A stretch of DNA of 63,668 nucleotides, filler included, from Olpidium bornovanus S191 (GCA_017911155.1; 33 parts of 33 records of this genome joined end to end with filler, not necessarily neighbours in it); one strand, 5' to 3'; shown: positions 36,171-49,201, counted from the first letter of the whole stretch. Notes: generated by a model from the sequence alone, not told the origin. Made by a program: numbers and translations.

Positions 36171-36591
36171 GCCTTCAAAAAAGTTTGTTAATGATGCACA
36201 AATTCAGCATGAGTTACCATCTGTTACACAAGATGAACATTTTGACCCGATGCTTGCTGTCAACCTGTATGGAGAAAGTGCAGTGCCATTCATTCATTAC
36301 ATGAACTGCTTTTTTGCCAATTACGCACGATGATTCAGCCTGGTTTTGCTTCCGGCGTAGCCCAAATGAGCCGTACTATTTTGCGTGACAAACAGACTTC
36401 ACGTGAAGTATTTGAACAGTTCAGAATTGCAGTTAAACCCAACCAAATACTGCCAGTTTTTGATATATGGAGTTTGTCTCCTGAAATGAAAACTTATGAG
36501 AAAATTGTGTTTGGCTCTTCTTATCAGTGATGGGATAAATCTAGACCTGTTCTGTGGGTTCAAGGCAGAACTGGTATTGATGAGATGCATG
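36171..36591 (+). pseudogene. Start of the D5-like/SF3 helicase module that follows TV-Pol, decayed and cut by the contig end
   Basis: HYMNCFFA, FDIWSLSPEMKTYEKIVF and NLDLFCGFKAE resemble the W..P....Y..IVF.P..N.F.GF.A stretch upstream of viral SF3 helicases. Walker motifs would lie beyond 36591. Confidence 0.6.
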
Positions 36592-36691
36592 NNNNNNNNN
36601 NNNNNNNNNNNNNNNNNNNNNNNNNNNNNNNNNNNTTAATTAATTAANNNNNNNNNNNNNNNNNNNNNNNNNNNNNNNNNNNNNNNNNNNN

Positions 36692-38060
36692 ACCACCACG
36701 CCCAGGCGTCCCCGAGGTCCGGGTTGAGCTTCACGGCCTTCTGGAACCAGCCGCGGGCCTTTTCGTATTTGCGCTCCTGCCAGAACAGCCGCGCCACCGT
36801 GATGAAGACATGGGGGTCGTTGTCGCACTTTTTGAGCGCGTCCACCGACTTCGAGCGCCGCTGGTTACGCTGTTCGAGCAGGATGGCTTCCGACCACACC
36901 AGGCCCGAGTTGGGGCATTCCTGCAAGGCTGTATGTGTGAAAACGGCGCGCGCGGTCAGCATTCCTTTTTTTCTTTTTTTTTTATTCTTTTTTGTCCGGT
37001 ATCCCGCAGGCAAATTTGGCAGATACGGCCCCCCATCATCAAATATTTACGCGTCAACCCCTCCCCCCCCCTCCTCCTCCTCCTCATCCTCCCCCAGACA
37101 ACTTGCCTTTCGCGGTCAATGCCTTTGCAATAGTCGTGTTTCCTGCCCTGTTCTCCACGCGAATCGCCTCCACCCACATTTCTGGCACTTTGGGATTGAG
37201 AAGGCGGCCTCTTTCCAGGATAGCGCGGGCCTTTACGAGCATCCCTGTCAACTCCTCCAGCCGGCTGGAAAGAAGCCAGAGAGGAATGCTCTTCGGGCAG
37301 GCCTTGAGGCCTTTCGAGTACGCCTCGCGCGCCGAGGCTACGTCGCCGTGGTGCTCGTGGTGGATTTGGCCGCGGATTATGTGCAGCTTGTGGAAATTCG
37401 GGTACTTCACCAGCGCCTCGTCGAGCAGCTTGAGCGCCTCGTCGTAGTGGCCCAGTTGCCTCTCGAGAACAACCGATTTCATCCATACGCGCTGGGCATC
37501 CGAAGCGCGCTCTCGAGCGTGCTGCAAGAGCGTCCGAGCCCGCTCGTGTTGACCGGTCTCCCACTCGAGCTTCACTGCCGCCAGCCAGATCTGCTCGCTT
37601 TCCGGGTTCACCTTGAACGCCTCGGTGAGGATAGCCTGCGCGCCAGGAACGTCGCCGGCCAACCACCTCTCCTTGGCTCCCATGAGCCAAAACATCTCGG
37701 CCCTTGGGCAGAACTTGACTGCTCGCTGGAGCAGCTCATCGAGAGAATGTCTGGAGAGAGTGACCACGGATCAGCCGCCGGAACTTCACACAAACGTGAC
37801 CGACTAACTTTTCGAATTCATTTAAATCACCTTGTTCCATGCTGTTTCTCCAGAAACGCCGCCCGTCTCCACAAGCCTTTCTTACTCGGGAACACTTTGA
37901 GCGCATGCGCGTAGATCGCCCGCGCCGTCTCTATGCTGCCATGACTGATGGCGCTCTCCGCGTCGTCAACCCAGGTTTTCTTGGCATCTTCATCCAGCAC
38001 GTTGAGAGCGACGGTCAGCCGAACGACGGTCTGGCACGTGACTACAAATCCTTGCTTTTC
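36692..38060 (-). CDS. PRP6: Pre-mRNA splicing factor PRP6 (U5-102K), internal/C-terminal HAT-TPR region
   Basis: [117 protein letters not shown]. Confidence 0.98.
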
Positions 38061-41000
38061 NNNNNNNNNNNNNNNNNNNNNNNNNNNNNNNNNNNNNNNN
38101 NNNNTTAATTAATTAANNNNNNNNNNNNNNNNNNNNNNNNNNNNNNNNNNNNNNNNNNNNCCCCCCCCCCACCCCCACCCCTTCTCCCCGCGCGCGACGC
38201 CGCGTGCCGGCTATAGCCTCGCTCTCCGCCTCACGCGACGGCGAGCGCCGGCTCCGGCTTGCTCTTGTCTGCAAGGACGATTTCGGCCCAGCTCTACAGA
38301 ATTTATTTTTTTTTTTTTCCGCACTCCGCCTCACTCGACAGCGAGCGCCGGCTCCCACTTGCTTTTGTGCGCAAGAATGATTCCGGCCCTTGTCTCTTTT
38401 CTTTTTCCATTTTTCCCCTCTCTTTTTCTGCCTGGAGTTTCGTTTGTGCGGTTGACACCGCGGTGTCCTCTCTTGCGTTAAATAATTATATCAATTGACT
38501 ATCTTTTCGACCGGATGCATCATTTTCAACATTTTAATGTATTTAGTAGCCACCTGAAAAACACGCAAAGTAAAATCTGGATCAAAACAAGCTCTATTTC
38601 AATGTTTGGATCTTTTTTAATAACCTTTTTCTCCTCTTTTGTTGATAGTCTAGTGTACCTATTTTGTCTCACGAAAATGAAGAAGAAGGGGGGTGGGTCT
38701 TTCGCTCCATTCGAAAAACGAAAACGCGCTTTTTCCTTTGTCTTTAGAAGAATCCAAAGATTGAAAGTTTTTCAGATTTTCGATTTTTTAATTCCACGTA
38801 AACTTCTTCGTTAGCAACTATGAATTTTACCGGAAACTGCCTAAAGCAATGCAAATAAGTAATTCGCGCGCCAGTTTTTATGTTTTGGCGAGAAAGTCCC
38901 TCTGGTTATTCTGCAAACCAGAATCACTGCACCACGTAGTCGACGAATTCGCGAACATCTTTTTCGTTATTGTCGAAAGCGTACTGCATTAAGGATGCCG
39001 TTGCGTGCATTAGCCGGGCCTAAGCACGCCGGCTGCCGCACCGTCGCCGAATCTGACTTGTAAAATTCTAATATGCGCGCATATTATAATTCAAAGTACG
39101 CTCGGTTCCGTGTATTTGAGGCAAAACCACAGAACAGGAAATCGAATGTGATACAGAGGATAGTAGAGAAATGAAATGTGGCCCGGACGCCAGCGCCGTT
39201 GTCCATAACGTCGAAACTTCCGCTACCCGCAAAAATCCCGCCGAGATACAAACCATACGTTGCCAAAAAAAAAATCACGTTCCGCGCGCAAAGTGCAAAA
39301 AGCCGCCGGTCAATTTGGCCCTTGTGTTCATCATCGTGGGTGTTAGTACGGACGGCGGCATTTCTCCGATGGCTGTGTTGGCATCTGTACAGGCATCTGT
39401 ACATTCCCATTGCAGGATCGAGGCTATCATAGGCGTGGCTTTGTCGGACGACTGGCATCTCGTGCTCGTGCGGCCGATGTGACACTGCCAATGAGATGGG
39501 CCGTAACTTGATCATCTTACCTCTCCTGTCTTTCCGAGCGCTTAACTCTTTTTTGGGTTTACGGTCTTTTGCTAGCATCTGCAGCCGCTTTGCAGCATAT
39601 CGCCTGATCGCCGATGTGAATGACACATAAATGCAAAGAAACATCTGGATAGCGACGCCATTTATTGGATTTGTCTTTCTGGATTTCGCGGCGCGCGGGT
39701 GTCCTGGGCTTTTACCTCTTCAAGCGTCGCCGACGGATACCGCAAATGATCCCCCTTGTGGGGTTCGACGGCGGATTCCGCAGACGATTGCCGCTGTAGA
39801 ATTTGGCGACGGGTCCCCGGCTACGCAATGTTCTGAAGCAAAAATTTTATTTTCTTTTCTGTTTCTGCCTGCAGAGGCCGAGACACTGACACCCCGCACC
39901 GGCAACGGACAATCACGTCGCGCCACTTGCCAGGAAGGAACTTCACCAAACGCAAAGCGCTCGCGCTGCCTCCCGGCAACTATCTGTTTGCGTTCTTCAG
40001 ATGTTGTTCTCGCAATCATGGCATAGACTCGAAGGCTTTATCTTTTTTTTGACGAGTTCCGTTCACAGCGTACTTTTCCTTTTTTTCTATATTTTGTTTT
40101 TGACATTTTGCCGCGTTTTCTTTTTTTCACATTTTGCNNNNNNNNNNNNNNNNNNNNNNNNNNNNNNNNNNNNNNNNNNNNTTAATTAATTAANNNNNNN
40201 NNNNNNNNNNNNNNNNNNNNNNNNNNNNNNNNNNNNNCATGCAAATACGTTCCTTATGTAAAAATACGAACTTTTTTATTCCCCTCAATGTTTTAGAAAT
40301 TGCAAATCTCTAGTGAACATCTTTCCTCTTGTTTAAAAAGAAAAAGCCCCTGCACCTTGCTACAAAAAAAAGAAAGAAAATGCCTTAGTAGCTTTGCAGG
40401 AAAAAATTATGATGCGGGTCGACGGACAAAGAAGAAAGAGCCACGAAAGAGAGACCGGAGATATCGGTTGGAATGAACCAAAGGCCGTTTTTGCAGCGCG
40501 CTAGGCGGACACGCGTGGGGGATGGGGGGGAGACGTTCGGGCTTCTTTCGCCGACACTACTCCGCAATTTATTGCCGCGCGGTTCACCCGGGCGGTGCAG
40601 GCGCTGTTGCGCCGGCCCGCTTCTTTCGCACGCTCGTTCCGTCGGGCGTCGCGACCGTGACTCACGCGGCGGGTTGCCCGGGAGACTCGCCGCACCCTGA
40701 CGGGGCTTGCCGCAAAAGGCGCGGCCCCAAACCTAAAGCTCACGGCCGGGGGGATTCGCCGGAATTTACCTTTTTTTGCAAACAGCTCTCAGAAATACTG
40801 CGGCAGGGCGCCGGAGCGGAGGGAGAGGAGCGGCGGGGGGGGAGGGGATGACGTGGGGGGGAAGGGCGGCGAGAATCCCGCGACAGTTGCCTTTGGAGCG
40901 GGCCGGCAGGGCTGGCCGCCCGGCCTGCCGGAGTAGCGAGCAACGGCAGCGGCAACTTCCCGTGCCGCCGGTTCCGAACACCGGCGCGGGGCGCGCGGGT

Positions 41001-41208
41001 GCATGCCCGCGCGCGTCTTGCGCTCCCGCGCGCGCGCGCGCTGTCCTTCGCGTGCCGATGTTCGCCTCTTCTCCCACACACTTTCGCCAGTCCGGACACG
41101 TGACATTCACGTGCCATGATTTTTCCGCGAGCCCGTCGCCGCTCCAGGGACGTGCGCGGGCCCGCAGCAGAACAAAACGCGAAAGCCGCCCGTGCCGCCC
41201 GCGCGAAG

Positions 41209-41249
<41 letters not shown>

Positions 41250-43128
41250 GGGCGCGCGCGGGCGTTTTTGGCCCGGCGCGGGGGAGAGGGGGGGGGGGGG
41301 GGGGGGGGGAAGGGAATGGGGAGGAAGAGAAAAAGAGGCTGGCGTGCGAACGGGAGGCTCTGATGCCGCGTTAATGAACCACAAGAAGTATAAAAGAAAA
41401 AAGAAAAAAAAAAATAAAACCGAANNNNNNNNNNNNNNNNNNNNNNNNNNNNNNNNNNNNNNNNNNNNTTAATTAATTAANNNNNNNNNNNNNNNNNNNN
41501 NNNNNNNNNNNNNNNNNNNNNNNNCATGACTCGGGTCGGTTGGCCAGTATTTGCGGCGTCGGACAGGAAAGTGGCGGAGTTTTGAGCGGACTGCTGTCCC
41601 CCCGGATGTCGTCGTCGTCCTCTCGGACGTCTGAGACGATTCGATTTCGCGAGCACAAAGAAGCACAACGGGCTGCGGAGTTTTCGTTCACTTCGGTGAA
41701 TGGCGACGGGAAAAACCGACGATCCGGGGAAGGGCGTGTTTTTGCGTGTGCGTGTGTGTGTATGGAACTAGTTCCCTGCCGGCTACGTTTTGACAGGCGA
41801 AGCAACTTCCGTTGTTTTCCTCTTGTCGACCGTGGACCGTGTAATAGTTTCGCGGAGGTGCCACGAGGGGTCGCTCCCACGGGATTTTCTTCAAGTGCAC
41901 TTTTCCGCGAATTGGGCGTTCTTGCCCTCCCTGCGCGCTGCAGTCCTTTAATTACACTTCGGGCCTGAAAATCTTTGATTCCGAAGTTGTTTGCGCGCGT
42001 CTCGGTTTCGAGTCACTCCTCCCCCACCCCCTGCGCGCGGCGAGCTGATCGTCATATCTCCCGTCAAGACAGCCTAGCCACGCACTGCTGGCCATAAATA
42101 TTTGAAAGAGCAGGACTACAAATATAAAAAAAGAAGAAGAGCCGCTTCTGAGATCTGAAAGGGTTCTGCACGCTTCGCCTCGCAGCTCCGTCGACGACCC
42201 TGGAGCCGATCAAGGCAGCGGGCAGCGCTCTCGTTGCTTGGGGTGTGCGATGTTGTGCACCGGGGAAAAATTTCCTCCAGTTGAGAATCGGCTTTTGGAA
42301 CTCTGATTGGTCAATCTCTCTGACACACACACACACTCTCTCTCTCTCTCCCTGTCTCTCTTTTTTGATAACGCGCTCCTTGAAACAAACTGCGGGGAAG
42401 CGCCTTGGTAAAGGCGCCTGCGGTTCTTTTGCCGCGTCGAACGCGTGCGGGAGCGACGTTGCCTCTGCCACGTGAATTTCGCGCGATCACAGCCGTGATA
42501 TCCGAAAACGCCTGGACCTCTTGTTTCAGAATTCCGGCGTTTATGATGGGGGCGGCCTTGTGACTTTTTGTCGCCGTATATATTTATCGCCCCGCTTTTG
42601 GATTTAAATGCTTGTTTGGGGGGGGGTGCTTTCGCTGCTTGTCCCCTATTTGTGACTTTTTTTTTAATAAAAAATTTCTTTGCAACCAGCGGGAATGTGA
42701 GTGCGATTTATTTGGAACAGGTAGTCTCCCTCACAATCCGCGCGCATGTAAAAAGGAGGTGAGCGGCTAAGTGGACCCGCGAAACGGAACGCACGGCGGG
42801 ACCACTACGCAGATAAAGCGCCAAGCGCCTCGGCGTGCCGAACGCGGCCCTCCGACCGGAGTATCNNNNNNNNNNNNNNNNNNNNNNNNNNNNNNNNNNN
42901 NNNNNNNNNTTAATTAATTAANNNNNNNNNNNNNNNNNNNNNNNNNNNNNNNNNNNNNNNNNNNNCCCCCCCCCCCTCTCGCCTGCAGTGTGGGCCCCGG
43001 CAGGAAGAGGCCCCGGCGCGCGGGGGACGAGGGGAGAAAGGCGGGTGAGGGCCCACGGGGGCGGAAGTGCGCGCGAGAGGAGCGGCGGACCCGCAAAACA
43101 AAAAAAAAAAAAAAAGAAAAAAAAAATA

Positions 43129-44008
43129 ATGAGCAACAAGACCGGCCCGAAGAAGTCGCAGGCGCACCGGAACAGCTTCGCGTACAGCGCGGCGCTGCAC
43201 TCCGCCGCGCAGAAGAAGATCGCGGCGCTGCCGGCGTCCGGCCTGCTGTGCGCGCGCTGCGCGGACATCGTGCGGTGGAGGAAGCAGTTCGGCAAGTACA
43301 GGCCGCTCTCCGCCCCGAAGAAGTGCGTGGCCTGCCAGCGGAAGGCCGTCAGGGACGCGTACCACGTTCTGTGCGACGCGTGCGCCGCCGGCGCGAGGTG
43401 CGCGAAGTGCCGCGCGCCGGCGCCGCTTGCCGCGGAAGTCCGCCGCGCGACGGACGGCGGCGCTGCCGTCGTCGTTTCGCCGAGGTAAAGCCCGGGTCTC
43501 CCTTTCTCCTTTTCTCTCTCTCTCTCTCTCTTTTTTTTTTTTTTTTTTTTTCTCTTTCAATCCCTGCGCGGGATTGGTTCGCAGGTGGGCGTCGGGAACT
43601 GGGACACACCCGACCGGCCCGGCGCGCGGCGCGCAACCCGAAAGACTCACCCGCGCCCGCATCCCGCGCTCAAAACCAAAAAAAAAAAAAAAAAAAAAAC
43701 CAAGCGCGACGGCCGGCAAGGCGGAGGATGCGGCGGCGGCGAAGCTGCGGCAGGCCAGGCTGCTGGCCGCCTGCACGGAGAGGCAGCGGCGGAGCTACCG
43801 GAGGAAGCTGGACCGGGGCGACCCGGCCGAAATCGCGCGGTTCGAGAAGAAGCTGCAGGGCGGCGGCGGCGGCGGCGGCGGCAGCGGCAGCGACGAGGAG
43901 GAGGAGGACGACGAGGAGGAGGACGACGGCGAGGAGGAGGACGACTGTTCCGACCCGGAATCCGGTTCCGAATGCGGAGAGGGAGTGGCGAAGGCCGAGC
44001 GGCGGTGA
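43129..44008 (+). CDS. C9orf85 homolog (DUF2039), two exons, acidic tail
   Basis: KKSQAHRNSFAY..LLCARCADIVRWRKQFGKYRPLSAPKKCVACQRKAVRDAYHVLCDACA..CAKC; exon 2 has ERQRRSYRRKL and a poly-D/E tail. Confidence 0.9.
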
Positions 44009-44055
44009 CGGAGGGAGGGAAGTGGAAAGAGGGGGAGAGCGAGCGAGAGAGAGCG

Positions 44056-44090
<35 letters not shown>

Positions 44091-44476
44091 AAACGAGTCG
44101 CTGCCGGTTTTTTTTTTTTTTTGGAGGAGGCTTGCCGCCGAATTCCGTCCTCTTTCACGGCTTTGTTCTTTTTTTAATTTATCCCTGCGCGATTCTGCGG
44201 AATACCTCAACCGGGGCGGACAAAACTGCTGCATACGGCGGTCGCCGCCGTTGTGGTTTTTTTTTTTTCCCTCCCCCGCCACCGCCGACAAAAAGAAAAA
44301 AAACTAAACCAACTCTATTTCGAGGATCACGACATAAATACATTCTATGAGCGAGAGATCTAAAATCTCGCGCGCCGCCCCGGAAATTCGGACCACAAAA
44401 AGGCGCTGAAAACATTAGAAAGGGGAGGAGGAAGATGGGACGGCAGGGCCGGATATTCGCGAGGGAAGAGCTTCCC

Positions 44477-44507
<31 letters not shown>

Positions 44508-44803
44508 GGGGGGGGGGGGGGGGGGGGGGGGGGGGGAGGAAACAAAAACGGGAATCATCAAACTTTTGGAATGTAATTTGTTTCCCCCCACCCCGCAGCT
44601 TCGCGGCAGGAGAGAAACAGAAAAGAAAAGCCCACGAAAAAAAAAGGACCCCCCCGGGGGACTGCGCGCCGCACCGGAATAAGGCACGGAAGCTCTGACG
44701 AAATTTGGCAGATCCGAGAGGCGTCCGCTGATGGTCCGTTGCCACGTCTCGTTTTCTGAAAAGCGCCGGCGAAGCGGGAGAGGAGGGAGAAAAAGGGAGA
44801 GAG

Positions 44804-44847
<44 letters not shown>

Positions 44848-45979
44848 CCCGGGGGGCCCCCCCCACCANNNNNNNNNNNNNNNNNNNNNNNNNNNNNNNN
44901 NNNNNNNNNNNNTTAATTAATTAANNNNNNNNNNNNNNNNNNNNNNNNNNNNNNNNNNNNNNNNNNNNACCAGCGTGGCCGCCGGCAGGAAGGCAGGTGA
45001 GTTTTTCTGCCTTGTGCGCCAGTGGGCTTAACGGTGCGTTGCCGGCTGTGCAGACCGCAGGCTTATGCTTTCAGCGCCCGCCCCCATGTCCGTTTCGCGC
45101 GCGCACCTTTTTTTTTTTTTTTTTTTTGGCCCCGCGAGGAACTCTTCCTCCTCGTGCGTGCGCGTGTGGAGACTGGTAACGGCGTCTCCTGCAAACCACG
45201 CCTGCTCCCACCCGCCCCTCCTCCCGCTCGCACCGAGCCGGCTGGCGGTCCGTCTTGGCCTGAACTGGGACACGGGACAACGACAAAAAAAAGGAAACAA
45301 AAAAAAGAAAAAAAAAAAGAGGAGTGGGGAGGGGAAATGAAAAAGACGAGAAAGACGGATTTTTTTTTGACAGCCGCCGGCGTACGTTTTGTACTGGCTT
45401 CTTATTTATTTCTTTATTTATTTATTTATTTATTTATTTGTTTTGGAGGGAAGGGGGTGGTGCCGGCAAGCGGGGGATTCGACTGAAAAGAAAAAAAAAA
45501 AAAAAAAAAAAAAAAAACCCAACGCCCGCCCCCCCTTCCTTCCTTTCCGGGTTCCCTTAAGGCAAACAACTCAACACGCCGTCCCCCGCACCCCTCCGCC
45601 GCTTCGCCCCCCGCCCCGTGGCATCCCGCCTCCAGCATTTCCCTTCTCCCCTCCCACACCCTCCCGCCGCCGCGTTTTCCGCTTCTCACCGTCGGTCGCG
45701 GGCTTTCCTCGCCGCTCCGCCTAGCTACCGCCGCAAATCTCTGAGAAGTCAGGGGCAAGCGCCCGGGCGCGTCGCGTCGCCCCGCACGCCAAAACAAAAA
45801 GTCAAGAATAAGAAAGCCCGTCGCGCGGCCGCAGAGGTGACTGACGAGAAACACGAGGCCGGCAGCAGCAGCGGGCACCGTGCTGCCGAGAGGACAGGTT
45901 TTTTCACAAGGCGGCGTTCCGGTTGCAAGCCAAGCCTCGAGGAAGCCGGCGACGAAACCCAGGCAAAACGGGGCGCGCG

Positions 45980-46013
<34 letters not shown>

Positions 46014-46617
46014 TGGGGGGGCTNNNNNNNNNNNNNNNNNNNNNNNNNNNNNNNNNNNNNNNNNNNNTTAATTAATTAANNNNNNNNNNNNNNNNNNNNN
46101 NNNNNNNNNNNNNNNNNNNNNNNCATGCCCGGGGCAATGCCCGGCGCAACCATCCCCGGTGCAATTATTATCTATGATGTTTACGGCATTTGTTATTACG
46201 CCCTTTACGACGTTTACGACGTTGGTTTATGACGTTTGTGACGTTTATGATGGATTCAATTTGCGAAGCAAGGGCCAGCGCCAAAGCGGAGATTCGCCGA
46301 GTCCTAGGACCCACAGATTCCCGAATTTGCAGGATCCCGGAATATGCCAGAAATTTGTGGATTCCTGTGATTTGCAGATTCAGGGGATTTGTAAATGCAG
46401 AAAGGAAAGAAAAAAGGAGAAAGATGGAGAGAGGGAAAAAGAGAATAAGAAAAGGAGAGAACGAGAGAGAGAGGCTTGGCAAAATTTGCTGAATTTTGAC
46501 AGAGTAAGGCTTGGGTCCGCCGCGTGGGTCGACTTTTTTACTCCATGGTTAATTATTCCCCGTGAAAACGGCTGCAAGAAACCAGTGCCGTGTCGCCGCT
46601 TCTTGGTGGTTTTTATT

Positions 46618-46710
46618 CCCGAACCGTTAGGTTAGGGTCTACAGGAGTTTTTTTCGCTTTCGCAGTCACGCCACGTGACCGTAACCCTTACCCCACGTGA
46701 CCGTAACCAC
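46618..46710. repeat. Interspersed repeat copy B (probable DNA-transposon terminus)
   Basis: Identical 23-mer at 46627-46649 plus two CCACGTGACCGTAAC units; matches copy A at 22086-22200. Confidence 0.8.
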
Positions 46711-47725
46711 CCTACATGTCGGTTCGGGTCCGCCGCGAAGTCGGCTTACTCCATTTTATTCGGCGTCATGGCCTGTCCCTCCTCCCCCCCCTCCGCACAA
46801 CGAAGCAGAAGGACAACAGGCGCGGGGCCACACACATCCCGGGATGCCTTCCGCCCACGGTTGCCGCGCGTTCCTGTCGCGCGTCGGCCCACCCGGCAGT
46901 GCCGCGACCGCTGGGCCCAATCCGGCGCGACGCTGCGCGCCCTTGACGCTTGCGACAGCCGTGGTTCGGGCCTCACGAGCGTCGGCAACGCCGCATTTTG
47001 GGACGAGCTGCCTCGGCAGGACGATCTCGACGAGAGCCGTGGGCCCATCGTGGAGGGGAGCGCTGCCCGGAAACCGGGCATCGGGGTTATGCGTAACCGC
47101 CTTGAACACCGCGACAACATTTTGGCATTTGCCTGGTGTCAGGCCACCGACTGCTAACGTCCTGACAGGTGGGCTCCAAGTAAAGTTGTGGCAAAGAGGC
47201 GCGGCCTGTTTGTCGCAGCGTTTGGAGTGCCTCTACTACTATAGCGTTGAGTAGCTCACTGTCTTGCCTGCTGACCTTTGCAAAACCTTTGGCAGCGTTC
47301 ACTCAAACACGTTCGGCCACTAAGAAGGCGTCCGGGTTCACCCGGAGCAGAAGACGTTCACGCGGAAAGCACTATGGGCGCAAGCGCGGACAAAGTACTT
47401 TACTCATTTTTTGCATATGCGCATTTGGGTTGGCGTGTATGAAACGCGCGTTGGAGATGAATTTGGCTTGTTAGTTAATCCGCTCTCGGGGTCCTTTTCG
47501 CAGACGAGTACGTTCACGCCGGCTACGCGCTGGTTAAGCAAAGAGTGGTGAGGTACCATGCAGGGCATAACGTAAGTGCGCCGCCCGTGTGAAAAGTGCA
47601 CGCATATGACGCAAATACGGCCATGNNNNNNNNNNNNNNNNNNNNNNNNNNNNNNNNNNNNNNNNNNNNTTAATTAATTAANNNNNNNNNNNNNNNNNNN
47701 NNNNNNNNNNNNNNNNNNNNNNNNN

Positions 47726-49201
47726 CTGTGACCATGGAGGTTAACGACACGTTTGTCTCCGCTCTTCCGCAAGAAGCCCGTGAGGAAGTCGAAGGAGGCC
47801 ACCGGGGGAGCCCAGGCTAGAGGAGCGGAGCGCGCGGGAGGCAGCAGGAGAGGCTGTACGATCAGTCTCCTGGGCGCGCATACCTGGGGAAGCGGGAACC
47901 TACGAACAGTCTGAAAGAGCTGGCGGGCCAGCACCGCCTCTTGCGCCGCCCCGAGGGCACCATGACAAACGCCTCCGAGCTATCCTGGACGACCTGAAGA
48001 AGGCCGGAAGGGAACAAAGGGCTGCAGCCAGAGCCAAGAGAATGGCTACGCGGACGAGTGACACGCTCGGCCAAAGGGTGCCGAGGGCGACAGCCGCGGC
48101 CACCGGCGGTGGTCGACGATCCTCACGTTGTCCATGGACGCCGAGCGTCGAGCCTTGGGAATCGAGTGGCTTGATCGTTTGGAGGCGTCTGCCGCCGCTT
48201 ACTCGTTCATGACCTACAGGTACCGCGCCTACCTGCCGCCTCCACTTCGTTGACACTTCATGGGGCATCGACGCGTAGTCAACACCTTTACAGCGGAACG
48301 ACAGAAGGCGTTGCCGCCCGGAGCTTACCGGGAATGGCTGCGCGGTGACGACGACCAGCCTTTCAACACAGACGAAGAGGCATATGCAGACGGGACGAAG
48401 GCGAATGACCCACCGAACACAGGTCGGTGGTGGTGGACCAACAGAGACATCGGTCAGTTCCGGCCGGACGTGCCGGGGTAGCGCCCAACATGAAGCTCAA
48501 CATTGCGGGCCGGTCATCGGCTGCCAGAAGACGTTGGACGTCAACAGCAGGCGCAAAAGTCCGCATCTTCCACGACAAGCGCATGCCGCAGGAGGTCCCG
48601 GGCGACTCCGTCAGCGACGGAATCGCGGATTACGGTTCCCACCATGTGTTAGCACGTAATTAGCTATGGCCGCATTTACGTCTCGGCTGTTGTTCTTTTT
48701 TCTCTTTCCTTTCCTTTAGTTTCTCTTTTCTCTTCTCTGCTCTTTCCTCCTTGCTTATTCATTCTCAAAGTTCGCAACATATCCCTCGACTACGCGGGGA
48801 ATGTCGCGAGGGGGCGGGTTGTCGGGCAATTTCTTGCCCTGGCGGCCGGGGCGCCCGAACGGAGCTCTTTGTATTCCCCCTCCCCTCGTTCGAAAAACCC
48901 CCCCTCAGAACGAACACCCACACCAATATAATAAACAAAACGAAGGAACCTTCGAGCGGGCAGCGAACGTTTGGTCCGGACGCCGTGCGACTGTGACCCT
49001 CCAACAACGGAGGGTTGGAACGCTCCTCGGGTTCGAGAACTTTGGCTGGACGCCCGTACGATCGAAGACTCCTTCGAAGGCCTGCAGAGAGCGAGCGTGC
49101 ACGACAGCATAGAAGTCCCTTGCCGCCCGGCAGCGATAGAGCCTCGGGCTATCCTTAACAGCAACCTGCGAACTCACGTCGGGTCGAGTTAATACCCGAC
49201 A
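47726..49201 (+). mobile_element. 3' end of an LTR retrotransposon: decayed ORF, pyrimidine-rich 3' UTR, PPT and 3' LTR (48820-49201, 382 nt)
   Basis: LTR termini TGTCGGG...CCCGACA form a 7-nt inverted repeat. A purine-rich GAGGGGGCGGG lies at 48808-48818 just upstream, and AATAAA at 48930-48935. The upstream reading frame has in-frame stops and a frameshift. Confidence 0.7.

Noticed and set aside
36592-36691. Apparent neighbourhood of the TV-Pol relic with PRP6, and other cross-contig gene clusters
   Set aside because: Separated by an artificial linker; contig order carries no information.
36724-37914. 396-aa plus-strand ORF (and similar long ORFs at 9053-9826, 27168-28109, 42990-44177, 60299-61237)
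   Set aside because: Antisense or off-frame shadows of GC-rich real genes (PRP6 etc.) with no independent protein features.
38400-39300. AT-rich region as another foreign insertion
   Set aside because: It contains polypyrimidine-AG splice-like signals and short exon-like frames; more consistent with the AT-rich 3' part of a host gene. No viral motif found.
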